From Chrysomallon squamiferum (taxonomy: Eukaryota; Animalia; Mollusca), in assembly GCA_012295275.1 (NCBI GenBank), contig CM022679.1:310001-374000 (forward strand): a stretch of 64,000 bases of DNA, in the 5' to 3' direction. The notes beneath the pieces were generated by a model. It had not been told where the DNA came from. It was given only the letters and a program-made list of their open reading frames with translations, and ran no database searches. Each line of letters begins with the position of its first letter. The stretch's first letter is position 1. Position numbers and translations under genes: made by a program. Shown piece after piece: positions 49,901 to 62,929 of the stretch.

Positions 49901-52636
49901 CTGTCACTTAGTTTTCACCAATAATTAAAATTTATCTTATAAAAGCAAATAAAATATGGCATCTGTAGAATGTTTGTCAACAGAGTCCTCTTTATTAAAT
50001 GAAAGAGAAAATATAACTTTAGCAACTATAATAAGTAAAGTGAATCTGTTGTTACAGATTGGGGGCAATGATCAGCTGGGAAATATTTCTGCTGGCTATG
50101 AATTGGTGACAAGAGTGACAAACCAGCCAGTGTTTGGTGAGTATGTTTAACTCTTTACCTATATTATCTCTTTACTTACACTACATAGATTTATCTCTTC
50201 ACTTACATTATATAAATTTATCTCTTCACTTACATTATATAAATTTATCACTTTACTTACATTATATAGATTTATATCTTTACTCACATTGTATAGATTT
50301 ATATCTACTCACACTATATAGATTTATCATTTTACTCACACTTTATGGATTTATCTGTTTACTTACACGTTATGGATTTATCTCTTTACTTACACTTTAT
50401 GGATTTATCTCTTTACTTACATTATGTATATTTATCTCTTCACTCAAATTTAATGTATATATTTGATTTGATTTTAATTTCATTGTGTCTTACAAACTAG
50501 GAATAATGGTGCCGCTGATAACAACAGCCAGTGGAGATAAGCTAGGAAAGAGTGCTGGCAATGCTGTGTGGCTGGATCCAGTGAAAACTTCTCCATACGA
50601 ACTCTATCAGGTGAAATTCACTTCAGTAACAACAAACACTCATCTAGTGACTTATATCTATATGATAATGTTTTGCTTTATTTAAAAAGTCTTTATATTA
50701 AAATTAAATTGTTGGTTTGTTGAAATCACTGTACTTGATGAAGTATTTTGTTAAAGTAAAAATAATTTTTGTTTATTATTTCAGTATTTTATTAATTTGC
50801 CAGACACTGATGTAGAAACGTATTTGAAGTTGTTTACATTTCTTTCTGACAAACAAATAAAGGAAGTTGTGGAAAAACAAAAGGTTTTGTATAACTTCTG
50901 AACATTTACTTAAATAGACAAATATACTGAGATTAACCAGCATATCTATATTACAGTGATAACAAAGAGCTGAAGGTTTAGTTAAATAGACAAATATAGT
51001 ATGTTTAAACAATGTACCTATATTAGAATGATATTTAAGTACTGTGAGTAAAATGAACTTGTAGAAACGTGTAATAAAAATATTTAATAAAACTAATTTA
51101 TTTATTTTATGAAATTATAAGAAAACAATAATAAATACCAAGTAAAAGTTTTTATTTTCAGAAATCACCAGAAAACAGACCTGCTCAGAAGAAAATAGCA
51201 GAACAAGTCTTGTTGCTGGTTCATGGAGGTAGCATTTTAGCTAATCTCTAATTATTGCTTGTTCATGTAGATGGCATCTTATATAATTCCTAATATTACT
51301 TGTTCATAGAGAGCATTTTATATAATTCCTAATACTACTAGTTTATGAAGATAAAATTTTATATAATTCTTAATGTTAGTAATAAGGAGGTTTATCTCAG
51401 TTAATGATAAATGGTTGTGTTTAATACAGAGGAGGTTTATCTCAGTTAATGATAAATGGTTGTGTTTAATATAGAGGAGGTTTATCTCAGTTAATGATAA
51501 ATGGTTGTGTTTAATACAGAGGAGGTTTATCTCAGTTAATGATAAATGGTTGTGTTTAATACAGAGGAGGTTTATCTCAGTTAATGATAAATGGTTGTGT
51601 TTAATACAGAGGAGGGCTTATCTCAGGCAAAGCAGTGGACAGAGGCTTTGTTTGGGAAAACATCATCAAGTTTGGAGAAACTGAATGAAGGTGAACTACT
51701 ACAGTTATTTCACAATGCAGCATCATGTACAATGATGTATCAGCCTGGTACAACTGTACTCCAGATGTGTATGAAAGCTGGTTGTTTTCCACGTGAAGGT
51801 TTCAGCTTTGTTAATTAATGTTATATTTAAAAAAAAAAAAAATCTGTGTGATCAATCTCTGCTACTAATCTAAAATCATGAAAAAGCACTAGCAGGTCTT
51901 CTCTGTCTGTAAGATAAAATACTGCATCATGCTAATTTAATTTTATTATTCTAAATAAAATTTGTTACTGTAGAAAGTTAAAATAATTTACTGTTTTAAA
52001 TCCATTGTATAAAAACAATTTAAAGAATGTGCTTTATTTGCTTCCGAGTTCAACCAGTGACTTAAAAGTAATTTTAAAATCTTTGAAAGGTTTACTGAAT
52101 CAATAAATTGTCTGAATTTGCCATTAATTTAATTTCTTCTTTTATAAAAGTTATTAACTAATAGTTTGAAAAAATATTTAGTGAATATATATTTATTTTG
52201 TTGTCATGGTTACAGTGGATGGTGAGAGGATAATTAAAGCTGGTGGTTTATACATCAACCACTGTCGACACAATCAACCACAGCTGGTTGTTGTTCCTGA
52301 TGAGCACATTTTGTCAAATGGTATCACACTGCTCAGAGTTGGTGAGTTGACAAGTTTTTCAAAATCCACTTTCCAAACATTAAATAGAAACATAACAACT
52401 GCAGTACAAACTGTCCTGTAATTATTAGTTAACTTAACAGTTAAATTAAAAACTGTTAACTTTACAGCATGGGATAATAACTGAAAAATAATTTTAAAAA
52501 AAACATTACATTCACATGACATATATTTGTTTAATATCTTGTATTTTCTTATATTAGATGATTAAATATTTTAAAATAATAAACAGAACAATTTTTCTCT
52601 TTATGTTAATTAAAATAAATAATCCCCTACTAATAG

Positions 52637-52684
<48 letters not shown>

Positions 52685-52816
52685 AAAGTATGAATATAAA
52701 ATGTCAGGCATTGAAGAATGATTTTACTATTTTAATTTTTCACATTAAACATAAACATTCTGACTTTTGTATTTTCAGGGAAAAAGAATTACTATGTGGT
52801 GAAGTGGATGAATTAA
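43948..52816 (+). CDS. YARS2: Mitochondrial tyrosyl-tRNA synthetase; exons 43948-~44012, 47257-47343, 48407-48554, 48696-48871, 49153-49254, 49637-49751, 50058-50136, 50501-50610, 50785-50883, 51162-51228, 51610-51798, 52216-52341, 52779-52816
   Basis: [15 protein letters not shown] (HIGH), [40 protein letters not shown] (KMSKS-like) and an S4-like C-terminus ending [12 protein letters not shown]. The N-terminal MAAP... Arg-rich leader looks like a transit peptide. Confidence 0.96.
44278..46931 (-). mobile_element. Degenerate Sola2-like DNA transposon with long terminal inverted repeats, in YARS2 intron 1
   Basis: Termini GGGTCATTCCGTGTCAA...TTGACACGGAATGACCC and 4-bp TSD CATT (44274-44277, 46932-46935). 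Inverted similarity extends several hundred bp. Internal minus fragment CCDPLNHH...RSLR...KLCCDC resembles the Cys/His-rich N-terminus of such transposases. GRG ends, 4-bp TSD and long TIRs fit Sola2. Confidence 0.8.
47398..47880. repeat. ~28-bp minisatellite aacagatgtattcacaataaaacatttt
   Basis: About 16 copies just after the YARS2 exon-2 donor. Confidence 0.9.
49265..49500. repeat. 27-bp minisatellite tatttacttattgtttttaaaactcat
   Basis: Five near-perfect copies plus degenerate ones just after the YARS2 exon-5 donor. Confidence 0.88.
50160..50445. repeat. ~30-bp minisatellite gatttatctctttacttacactatata
   Basis: About 9 diverged copies fill a short YARS2 intron. Confidence 0.8.
51385..51626 (+). 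repeat. 45-bp tandem array built from the YARS2 exon-11 acceptor plus exon start
   Basis: Unit aggaggtttatctcagttaatgataaatggttgtgtttaatacag x5; the real exon starts aggagggcttatctcag at 51610. Confidence 0.93.
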
Positions 52817-52919
52817 GATAGAAGATTGTCATTTACAAAGTTGTCTTCAGGGTGGAAAGATGGGCAGATGAATAATATTTAAAAAAACTTGGCCAGCTTG
52901 GACTTTCAAACTACTTGTC

Positions 52920-52950
<31 letters not shown>

Positions 52951-55900
52951 ATAATAATAATAATAAATAAAAAAATAAATAATTAAAAAAATAAAAAAAA
53001 TTAAAAATTATATATAGTAGAATTTTTTTTTTAATCTGACTACTGTCTGAAAAATACCCTTGCAAACCCCTATCTGACCATGAAGTTTCTGGCTTGTTTT
53101 GTAAATTCCATAATTATATTGTTAGATCTCCTCATCTACAAATGGCACCATTCTCTTTTCTTTTTTTTGGTTAATATATCGTTATATGTGTCTGTTCTAT
53201 GTGTGTATGCATGTATAATTGAATACCTATCAATGTTAGACATGTAGTAACAGAAAATGTACAATATATATTTTTTTTTTTTTTTTTCTTTCATTTTTCA
53301 TTAATACATAAGTAACATTTTTCACTTGTAAATGATTAAAATGATGCAAACCATCTTGGATGGTAGTAAAAACCTGCATTATGTGAAAATGTAGTTTATC
53401 TCACTTTATCTCTAACCTTCAATTTTCATTCTGACTTGTTGTGTATATTCAGATATTTTATAGAGCACATTTTGCCCAGCTTTGTAAACCATTAATATTT
53501 TATATACATGATTTAGAAAATTTTACAAACGTATATTTGTAATATTTGTAACAAGGATTGTAACATGTCTGTTAACAAATATTTCTGTTCATTACTACTG
53601 ATTCAGTGCTGAGAGGGGGAAAAAAATAAAAAACATAATTTTTATAGTAGATTAACTAAGTATGTTCTCTTTTTTAATTATTAGTTATTCTTCTTCCTTC
53701 ATATTTTATGTTATATGTATCTAATTAATGAATGTGTGTGTTTAGTAACAATTTTTTTTTTTATTATTAAATAATACAAATTGAATAGAAATAATAAAAC
53801 CAGAAAAATCAGAACATGCCCCACTCATGCACACACTCTAAAATTAAAAATTAAAACAAAATGGGAAGAAACAGTAAGAAAGTAAAATGACAGAAAAATA
53901 ATTTAAAAAGTGAGAGATCCATTTTATGTTGGTTATTTAGGAACTTTGACTGCTTGTGTGGAGTGATTCATTCACCTAACTGAACTTTGTTTAAGTTAAA
54001 ATAATTTAAATACAATGTAGATTTCTTTTTTCAAGACTGACTTTGTTTTATAATACTCTATGATAAACCAGAAGGAAACATTAAATTCTGAACAAAACAA
54101 AATATGTATTTTCATCATTTGTACAAATAAAACAGTTTTTATTTTATTTTTTTTAAATATGTGAAGTGGGATTTTTAGGGGGAGTTTTTGAGGTGGGTTT
54201 TTTTATGTATCTTGGATATTATTACTCTTCATAAATATGCACTGAACTCAGCTGAAGATAATTCTACATCATCACAAAGGTAAAAAAAAACAAAAAAAAA
54301 ACATGTGTAACAATAACATGAGTAGATAACTAGAGTGCTATTTTAGACATTAGCTGTTTAAATTCACAACAAAACTTGTTTTTGTTATCTTGGAGAGACT
54401 GACACGCTGAGTATTTTATAAGAAATGTGACTAACTGATCACACATTGTAAATATATAAGTTTAACTTTCAGTAAATCTAGCTAATTATATTTAAATGAA
54501 TTAATTTTCTTTTTTACCCTTATGAAATGTTTATAAATGTTGTGAGTATGCAAACAGAATGAAGCTGTTGTTGGTGTATTACTTGAGCATTTATTAGACA
54601 ATGTACACACCAAACCTTATAAGAAATTTAATCCGAGTATCAGTCTTTGATATTTCTATTCTGTGCACTCTTCATCTCTGCCCTTCTCTACAGTGTAGTT
54701 ACATTTATTTACATTTAATATGCCAGTGTTTCTCTTGGTGTGAATAAGTGAGATGTCAAAGCTAAGGTTCTCTTTGGATTTTAGCACATGCTCCATCTAT
54801 TACTGTTTCAGGGACAGACTAAATAAAAACATAAATTGAGTATAAACATAACTGATTTTATTGAAAACGTTGAATCATTTAATCTTATGTGCTTTATTTT
54901 AATCAAAGCAGTGTTGCATGAAACAGAAGCTACACTGATAACACATTTTTTATATTTTAATTTTTGTTTCATTAATCAAGGACATTAATAGATGAAGATG
55001 TTGACCCATGTAATAATAATAGTTATTTATTTTCATTATTATTATTATATAAAATGAATCAAATCAAATAAAAAAAAGTCCTCCCCTGAGAAACAATTGC
55101 TTGATGCGTAATTCAGTAAAAAGATTTATTATACAGTCTGAAGCTTTTTCCAGTGACAGAATGGTTAGTGTGAAAACAAGTAACATAACTCTTGATCACC
55201 TGCCTGGTGTTATGAAAATGTTGTCAGTCGTGAATATAAATATAATATGATAGTAACAAAAACAATTACATCTGACATAACCATCCAAAAATCTTTTAAA
55301 ACAAAACAATTTTACATCGCATTTGCAAAAAACGGTAAGCCCAATAGCATTTTAAATTTATCAGATCGGAGTGAAAATGATAAAGTTATCGACAAATATA
55401 CGTTTAGTTATTTGGCATTGTCGCTGTTTATCGTTCATGTTTGTCTATATCATTTCAGTCTCAGGAAGTTTGATCTGACTGGCCATGGTTACCGATGAAA
55501 TGTTCATAGTTCGTTGAGCACGTAAGGTTATCTGACGAGCGGTGCTATGGACAGAAAGGTGGAAATACAGAAAAACAATGTAATACTTGGTTCGTTGTGA
55601 AAAGTGAAAGCATTTTTGATAATTCGAACATCGCAATACACTATACAGATAATATAAAAAGTACATTTTTATTCTTTCTTTCATTGTGCATTTTTATTTA
55701 TTTATTTTATTATTATTATTTTATTTTTGTTTGCTTGTTTTAGGGAATCGACCGACACGCATGTAATGATATGCAATTTAATAAAACTCGCAGAATGAAA
55801 AGCCAGGTTTAGGTTAGTAACTTCGTTCAGATATTATCATACTCTGTCAACAAACAGTTTCAAATAAAATTAGTTTCCACTGTCTGCAGCAAATTAGAAT

Positions 55901-56203
55901 TTCAACAAATATATTTGTAAGTTTATAAACATTTAATTTGTAAAGTAAAAACAAGATAGAATTTAATTTCTTAAATACATTTGAGATAACTCCTGTCAGT
56001 ATCACAGAGGTTGGTTTCTTGTGGATACAAAAGTTAGTCACAGAAAAAATAACTTTTTGTTTAATTTTATAGATATATATAATTTTTATTATTATTTGAA
56101 CATTAACAATAAGTGATACTTTTGTGTTGAAATGCTAATAGGTAATTAATCAAGTTTTAATTCTTTCTCTATCTAGTGATATTGCTGAGTTTACCAGCAG
56201 AAG

Positions 56204-59200
56204 ATGGCATCAGGATCAGGTGACAAAACTCCTCAACTTCCACGTGGTTTGATAGGTCGTAGAGGTGCTCCGACTGGCAAAGCAGCACGGTGACTTTTCA
56301 TTTCTTACTTTACTTAAAAAACACAGAAACATTTCAACAGGCATAAAATATATTTTTTAATGTTACTAAATAATGGCAGCAAAAGAGAAAGAGGAAATAA
56401 ATGGTTTTATAACCATTAATATACAAAGTATTAATTAGTGTAAAACACATAGCCCCAGAAAATGTCACCTGCTAACACCAGTTTATTTGTTTTTTATGGC
56501 GGGGAAGAGAAATGTGCAAAAACTGTGCATGAACAGTGTGTGGTTGTTGTAATATGTAAAGTTTTAAAATAATTGTAGTGATAGGTAAAAGAGCTACTAT
56601 TGTTCTAATATTTTAATTTTTAGTCTGCCATCTCTGAAAGGACCAAGGGACTTAACCCTCGGTGGTGTTCCGAAAAAGGTGTTTACACCAAATATACCAT
56701 CAAGAAAAGATAAAGCTAAGTAAGTATTAATGTTCAATTTTTCTTTTATGTATTTATTTTATTTCAATTGTTAATTTCCTTAAATCTTTTACTAAAATAT
56801 TTTGGTCTTCTTATGGTTTTCTCCAGTCTAAATATTAAAACAAGAAATCAATGTTTTTTAATGTGATTTGTTTAAAGCAGTGGTTTGTTTATTTGACAGT
56901 TGTAGTTACTAAGTGTATTTGAGATAATCACTCAGTGTTAATGTTCACATGTGTCTAGTATTTTAATACATGGAGTTATGTACACAAAATCATTACAGTA
57001 CCTGATACTTATTTTAATTTCCAGTAGTAAAAAATCAGAAATTTAAATGAAAACTGATCTAAATCAGCAGTTAAACACAAAAAAAATATCTCTGAACAAT
57101 ACCTTTTAACAATGTGTGTGTGTGTGTCAGAAAATAAAAATGAAGTTATTCCTACATTATTTTTATTTATATCACTTAAAAGAATTCAGATTGCTTGTTT
57201 GTACACACATGCATGCAGCAAACATTTAATGACTTGAAGTGGAATTAGAATAAACATCCAATTAAATGGGAGTATTTTGATGAGGTGATCTAACTCAAGG
57301 TGATAAGAATTTGTTTATAGACTTTACATCCGAAATGTGTTTTTTTATAGAATGAAGAAAACAATTTTGACTTGATAGATTTTGATGATATTATTAAGTA
57401 ACTGAAATTTCTGAAAATTTAGTGTGTTACACCCTTAGATATGTTAACAAGCACTGTAAGTATTGGCACCGTGAACCATCTGTTAAACTGTTGTATAATG
57501 ACTGTTAATTATGTGACTTGTTTTATTCAGATCATCTCCAGTAGTCAGTACACCACGACATACTTCTGCTGAGACAAGTTGCCACAGTAGAGAGGAGTCT
57601 CATAGAGACAGGGGCAGGACCAGAGGTCGAGGTCGGGGCAGGGGTCAAGACAATGTCATCCAGTCTCATTCCATATTTGAACAAGGTCCTGGAGAAAGAC
57701 ATTTACCTAAAGGTGGTAAGTGTCTTTTAAAAAATTCTGTTTCATATATAAACATTTTTAAAAATTTCAAATCACTTTCCAAGAGTGTCTGAAATAAAAT
57801 TTGATTTGCTGGTTTACCAAACCAAGGAATTTGAGATAATGTGTCAGAAAGAATGATTTACATATTAAAGATTGTCTGTTTGTTTAAATATTGCAGGAAA
57901 CACTACATATGATGGCGGTGACAGGATTCCAACATCACGAGTGACAATCAAAAAAGAGAAGAAAGATGCAGAAAGATCAAAAGAAATTTTGGATCATCTA
58001 CTAAGAGATGATGTATGTAATAACTCTCAGACTTTAGTCCATATATTGTATGTTAGATTACTTACACATCTTTTAATAAAACATTTTACTGTGTATAATA
58101 CCACACATTAATGTAAAGAGCATACTAGATTACATATATATTTTTATAATACAACACTTTATTGTATAGTGTATACTAGATGACATACATATTTGTATAA
58201 TACCACACATTTATGTATAGTGTATACTAGATGACATTATACAAATACATATGTAATTTAGTACACAGTGTGGTATTGTGCAAATATACTTTACAGTATA
58301 CTAGATTACATACATATTTGTGTAATACCACATTTTACTGCGTAGAATATACTATATGATGTACATATTTGTTTAACACACTTGTTGTGTGAATTAGTTT
58401 ATTTCAGATGTACCAGAAGGTGATCCCAATATGATACCTGTACACCTCCCTCTTGAAGCAAGTGTTAAAAAAGAAGAAAGAATTGAGAACATTCCTAAAG
58501 TGAAGTCAGAATCTGGCGGTATAAATACTTTTATCCTGTTGTAATCAGTATATTAAATACTATTTGTTTATAATATTACATTAATTATTATCTGTATATT
58601 TTACTTTTCTACTCCAATTTTAATACATTATTATCTTTTTATATTGTTTATGCTGTTACAATCAATACATTACCTGTTATCTTTGTATATTACTTTATAC
58701 TGATATAATCAATATGTATCTATTACCTTTATATATTTGTTTATAGCTTTATAATCAATACATAACTGTTGTCTTTGTATATTACTTTATGAATACTGAT
58801 TTTTTATATCAATACATTTAATATTAACTATTAATTTTATATAATAATATAACCAGAGGTTACATGTATCAGTTAACATGGATATTTTGTGCACAAAATC
58901 TGAATTAAGACAATACCTCGTCCTCTCATATATCATTGATAGAGATATGGCTGATATGGAAGATACAGCAGAGAGTACAATGAAGGTCCCCTCAGAGTTT
59001 ATAAAAAATATTCTAATTGTTTTGGTTTCTCTTATTTCAAAATTACAGATATTGCTATGGAATCTGATGAGAGTTCCAGTCAGAAATTATCACAGAGAGT
59101 GCAATATAAAATAGACAGTGGTGTTTTCACAGCACGAGACCTGCTTTCAAAATGTGCCAAAACAGGTAAATACATAGACCTTCTTTCAAAATGTGCCAAA

Positions 59201-60362
59201 ACAGGTAAATACATATACCTTCTTTCAAAATGTGTCAAAACAGGTAAATATAGACCTTCTTTCAAAATGTGTCAAAATGGGTAAATATATAGACCTTCTT
59301 TCAAAATGTGTCAAAACGGGTAAATATGTAGACCTTCTTTCAAAATATGTCAAAACAGGTAAATATAGACCTTCTTTCAAAATGTGTCAAAACGGGTAAA
59401 TATGTAGATCTTTCAAAATGTGTCAAAACAGGTTAATACAGACCTTCTTTCAAAATGTGCCAAAACAGTTAAATACTTAAAGATCTATTTTCAAAACAAG
59501 ACAAATCATGTAAATAAGTAGATCTGTTTCCAAGATAGGACAAAAAGATAAATGTATTGATTTGCTTTCAGTATGTAATCATAACAGGTTAATTTGTAGA
59601 CACTGTTTTTGCTGTACATTTATTATTAGCATTATTCTTTCTTTTTTCTCTTTTTCACTGAGCATTTGTTTAGTTATCTGTAGTTACATTATTTTTATTT
59701 TCAGAGAGTGGAGAACAGTTGTTATTTTTTCATCTGCCTGATGTTTTACCTGGACTTCCCCCCAGCAGGGATGAGCAGCCCAGAAAGAAATCTCAAACTG
59801 AGCAGACAAAACCAGATGAACGCAATGAAGACTCTGTACGTTGTTAAAAATTAGCTGAGTAACAGAAAGATAAGTTTTATTTACATGTGTCTTGTTTAAT
59901 ATAAAAACTGTTTTTATTGCGTACATTGAATACTTTATGTTGTAGGAAAATATTTCTAAGAAGTTGGCAATGTGTTCTCTTTCTGACTTCTCTGAAGGTT
60001 TTATTGGCAAACTACAAGTACGGAAATCAGGGAAAGCTCAGCTTGTTCTGGGCAGCGTTAAACTTGATGTGTCTGTTGGGACTCCATGTGGATTTCTACA
60101 GGTAAAATTCAGTTTTCTCTATACTCTTAACTTTCTTCTATCTTAGTATTTCAGTACTTGCAATCTACTTACATCTTCAGTTTCATTCAGTTAGAAGTGT
60201 ACTTCACTTGTGTACCTCTAGAAGTGTGCTTGCACTCTACTTCACTATAATTTATTCAGTTTCAAATCTCAACTATTTACTGACTGACAATACAAGTCCT
60301 ATATTCTGTGGCTTGTGTAGCATTTTATTTTTCCTACAGTAACATTAGAAAAGAAAATCAAA

Positions 60363-60407
<45 letters not shown>

Positions 60408-60755
60408 ATTATTATAAAAATAATAAAAACCGCTAAACAATCACTTTTAAAAGAAAACATTTAATTTCAAAAAGATTTAAAAAATGATTCAAGAACAAAT
60501 TTTGTTACAGTTGTTCATTGTTGCAAGCATGAACTGTTGTAGTTTATCCAGTTCTAGAAAGTCACAGCTTTTTTCACTGAACTTAAAAAAACTTACAATT
60601 TATGTTTGTCTTTATTTTTCTGATAAAAATTGTCTTTCTTTCAGGATCTTGTTTGTATACGTACAGAGGGAAATTCAGGTCACATGACCATGCTGGGCCA
60701 CATTCGAGATAGACTTGTTTGTACACCAGACTTTGAAACACTACTTCATTCATGA
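56204..60755 (+). CDS. POLR3D: RNA polymerase III subunit RPC4; exons 56204-56289, 56624-56719, 57531-57715, 57897-58012, 58398-58518, 59049-59165, 59705-59835, 59946-60101, 60645-60755
   Basis: RGLIGRR, RDLTLGG...FTPNI, IQSHSIFEQGP, LLFFHLPD, EGFIGKLQVRKSGK...GTPCGFLQDLV and LVCTPDFETLL. Phases are consistent. Confidence 0.95.
59137..59480 (+). repeat. 39/37-bp tandem array built from the POLR3D exon-6 end plus donor
   Basis: Unit agaccttctttcaaaatgtgycaaaacag|gtaaatayat, about 9 copies; the first copy is the real exon end at 59165. Confidence 0.93.
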
Positions 60756-61104
60756 TGACACTTCAAAAATATGAAGTGTATATTTTCATGAGGGAAAAAA
60801 AAAAAGTGACAAATAAATATCTAAAAACTAAAAAGGTTTTATTATAATTGCACGTGCATCCCTTGTTTGTTCTTTATTATCATTATTTCAAACTAATGTC
60901 TGTCACATAATAAGAAAAATAGTAATAACACTTAATCATGTATTTTTAAATTTTTATTCACTTCTTTTTTTTCTTTTTTTTTTCTTTTAAATTGTGCTAT
61001 TTAATTATGTCATTTGTATCCAGAAATTTGCGTACCAGTACTATTTTAAATAACACTATAATAAAAACGTTAACTTATTTGTATTCAACTGAATACATTT
61101 AGAA

Positions 61105-62032
61105 AACATTTCTAACACTGGTGTATTGACTGTGACGTGAACGTTTCTAACACTGGTGTATTGACTGACTTGAACGTTTCTAACACTGCTTGCTGTATTG
61201 ACTGTGACGTGAACGTTTCTAACACTGGTGTATTGACTGTGACGTGAACGTTTCTAACACTGCTTGCTGTATTGACTGTGACGTGAACGTTTCTAACACT
61301 GGTGTATTAACTGACGTGAACGTTTCTAACGCTGGTGTACTGACTGACGTGAACGTTTCTAACACTGGTGTATTGACTGACGTGAACGTTTCTAACACTG
61401 CTTGCTGTATTGACTGTGACGTGAACATTTCTAACACTGCTGTATTGACTGTGACGTGAACGTTTCTAACACTGCTTGCTGTATTGACTATGACGTGAAC
61501 GTTTCTAACACTGCTTGCTGTATTGACTGTGACGTGAACATTTCTAACACTGCTGTATTGACTGTGACGTGAACGTTTCTAACACTGCTTGCTGTATTGA
61601 CTGACGTGAACGTTTCTAACACTGCTTGCTGTATTGACTGACGTGAACGTTTCTAACACTGGTGTATTGACTGTGACGTGAACGTTTCTAACACTGGTGT
61701 ATTGACTGTGACGTGAACGTTTCTAACACTGGTGTATTGACTGACGTGAACGTTTCTAACAGTGGTGTATTGACTGTGACGTGAACGTTTCTAACACTGC
61801 TGTATTGACTATGACGGGATCGTTTCTAACAGTGGTGTATTGACTGTGACGTGAACGTGTCTAACTGCTGTATTGACTATGACGGGATCGTTTCTAACAC
61901 TGCTTGCAGTATTGACTGACGTGAACGTTTCTAACACTGCTTGCTGTATTGACTGTGACGTGAACGTTTCTAACACTGCTATATTGACTGACGTGAACGT
62001 TTCTAACTGGTGTATTGACTCACGTGAACGTT
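61105..62032. repeat. 33-39-bp minisatellite aacgtttctaacactg(cttg)ctgtattgactgtgacgtg, ~25 copies
   Basis: Directly visible between the POLR3D 3' end and the CK1 promoter. Confidence 0.96.
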
Positions 62033-62929
62033 TTATTATTCGTGGCTTTATTATTCGCATATTGCACTAAAACAATGTTTAAACGAAAATAAACACAAAA
62101 ACAAACAACACACAAGGGACGTGCACAGATTCGCAGAAATTTAAATCCTATGTAACCCTCAAAATGTTCGCCGTACCCTTTTCATTTGCGTAACCCTATA
62201 TATATATATATCAGTAATAATTCACATACAATAAGGATTGTGACTGAGATAAATTAATTAATACAGTTATCATGAGTTTCTTTATTATCTGAAAGAAAAT
62301 AGCATTTCGTCGCGTTCGGTTAGTCGCGGTTCGGGAAAAATCTGAATAAAACGCACGCAATCGTCATATTACTGCTTTCTTTTTTTGGGTTTTCGTTACA
62401 AAGTTTAAGTAATTTAGATACACGGCTGAAGGCGGGAGATTGTTATGCTACTGATAATTAATGGGTGGTTGATAATTAGTAATTTGTGACATTGTTAAAT
62501 ACCACAGGAAAGGTTACATCGCAAATGGATCGAAATCTGTTGATTTCCAGTTTACCCAATACAAGTAACAGATAATTCTATATCCCAGACAACTAAAACA
62601 ATTTTTCATGAAAGAATGTCGTCACTCACTGGCCAACACTGCTGATGTAGTGAATGGCGTTTTATTTACAACGATGAGCAAACTGTCGTTCAGCATAGCA
62701 CAAAAGTGCGCTTTGCAAGGACGGTTTTGTGCGATCATCACGCGAATGAAACGATCGTATGCGCAATTTCTGCATCCCTGTGTGCGCGCGTGTGTGTGAA
62801 CAAATTAAACAAACAAAATACATATATTTGTGTGTGTGTGTATTTGAATATGTGTATGTTTATATAAAAATTAAGAAAAAACAAAGCAACTAAGAATAAA
62901 ACAGTAACTTGATATTATAATTATACAAG

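Noticed and set aside
58944-58985. Possible extra POLR3D exon (DMADMEDTAESTMK)
   Set aside because: It would end in phase 0 with a weak donor, while the next exon needs phase 1; exons 5 and 6 join in frame without it.
61105-62032. CRISPR-like or coding repeat (ORFs 61219-62070)
   Set aside because: Head-to-tail minisatellite without spacers; the ORFs are by-products of the repeat.
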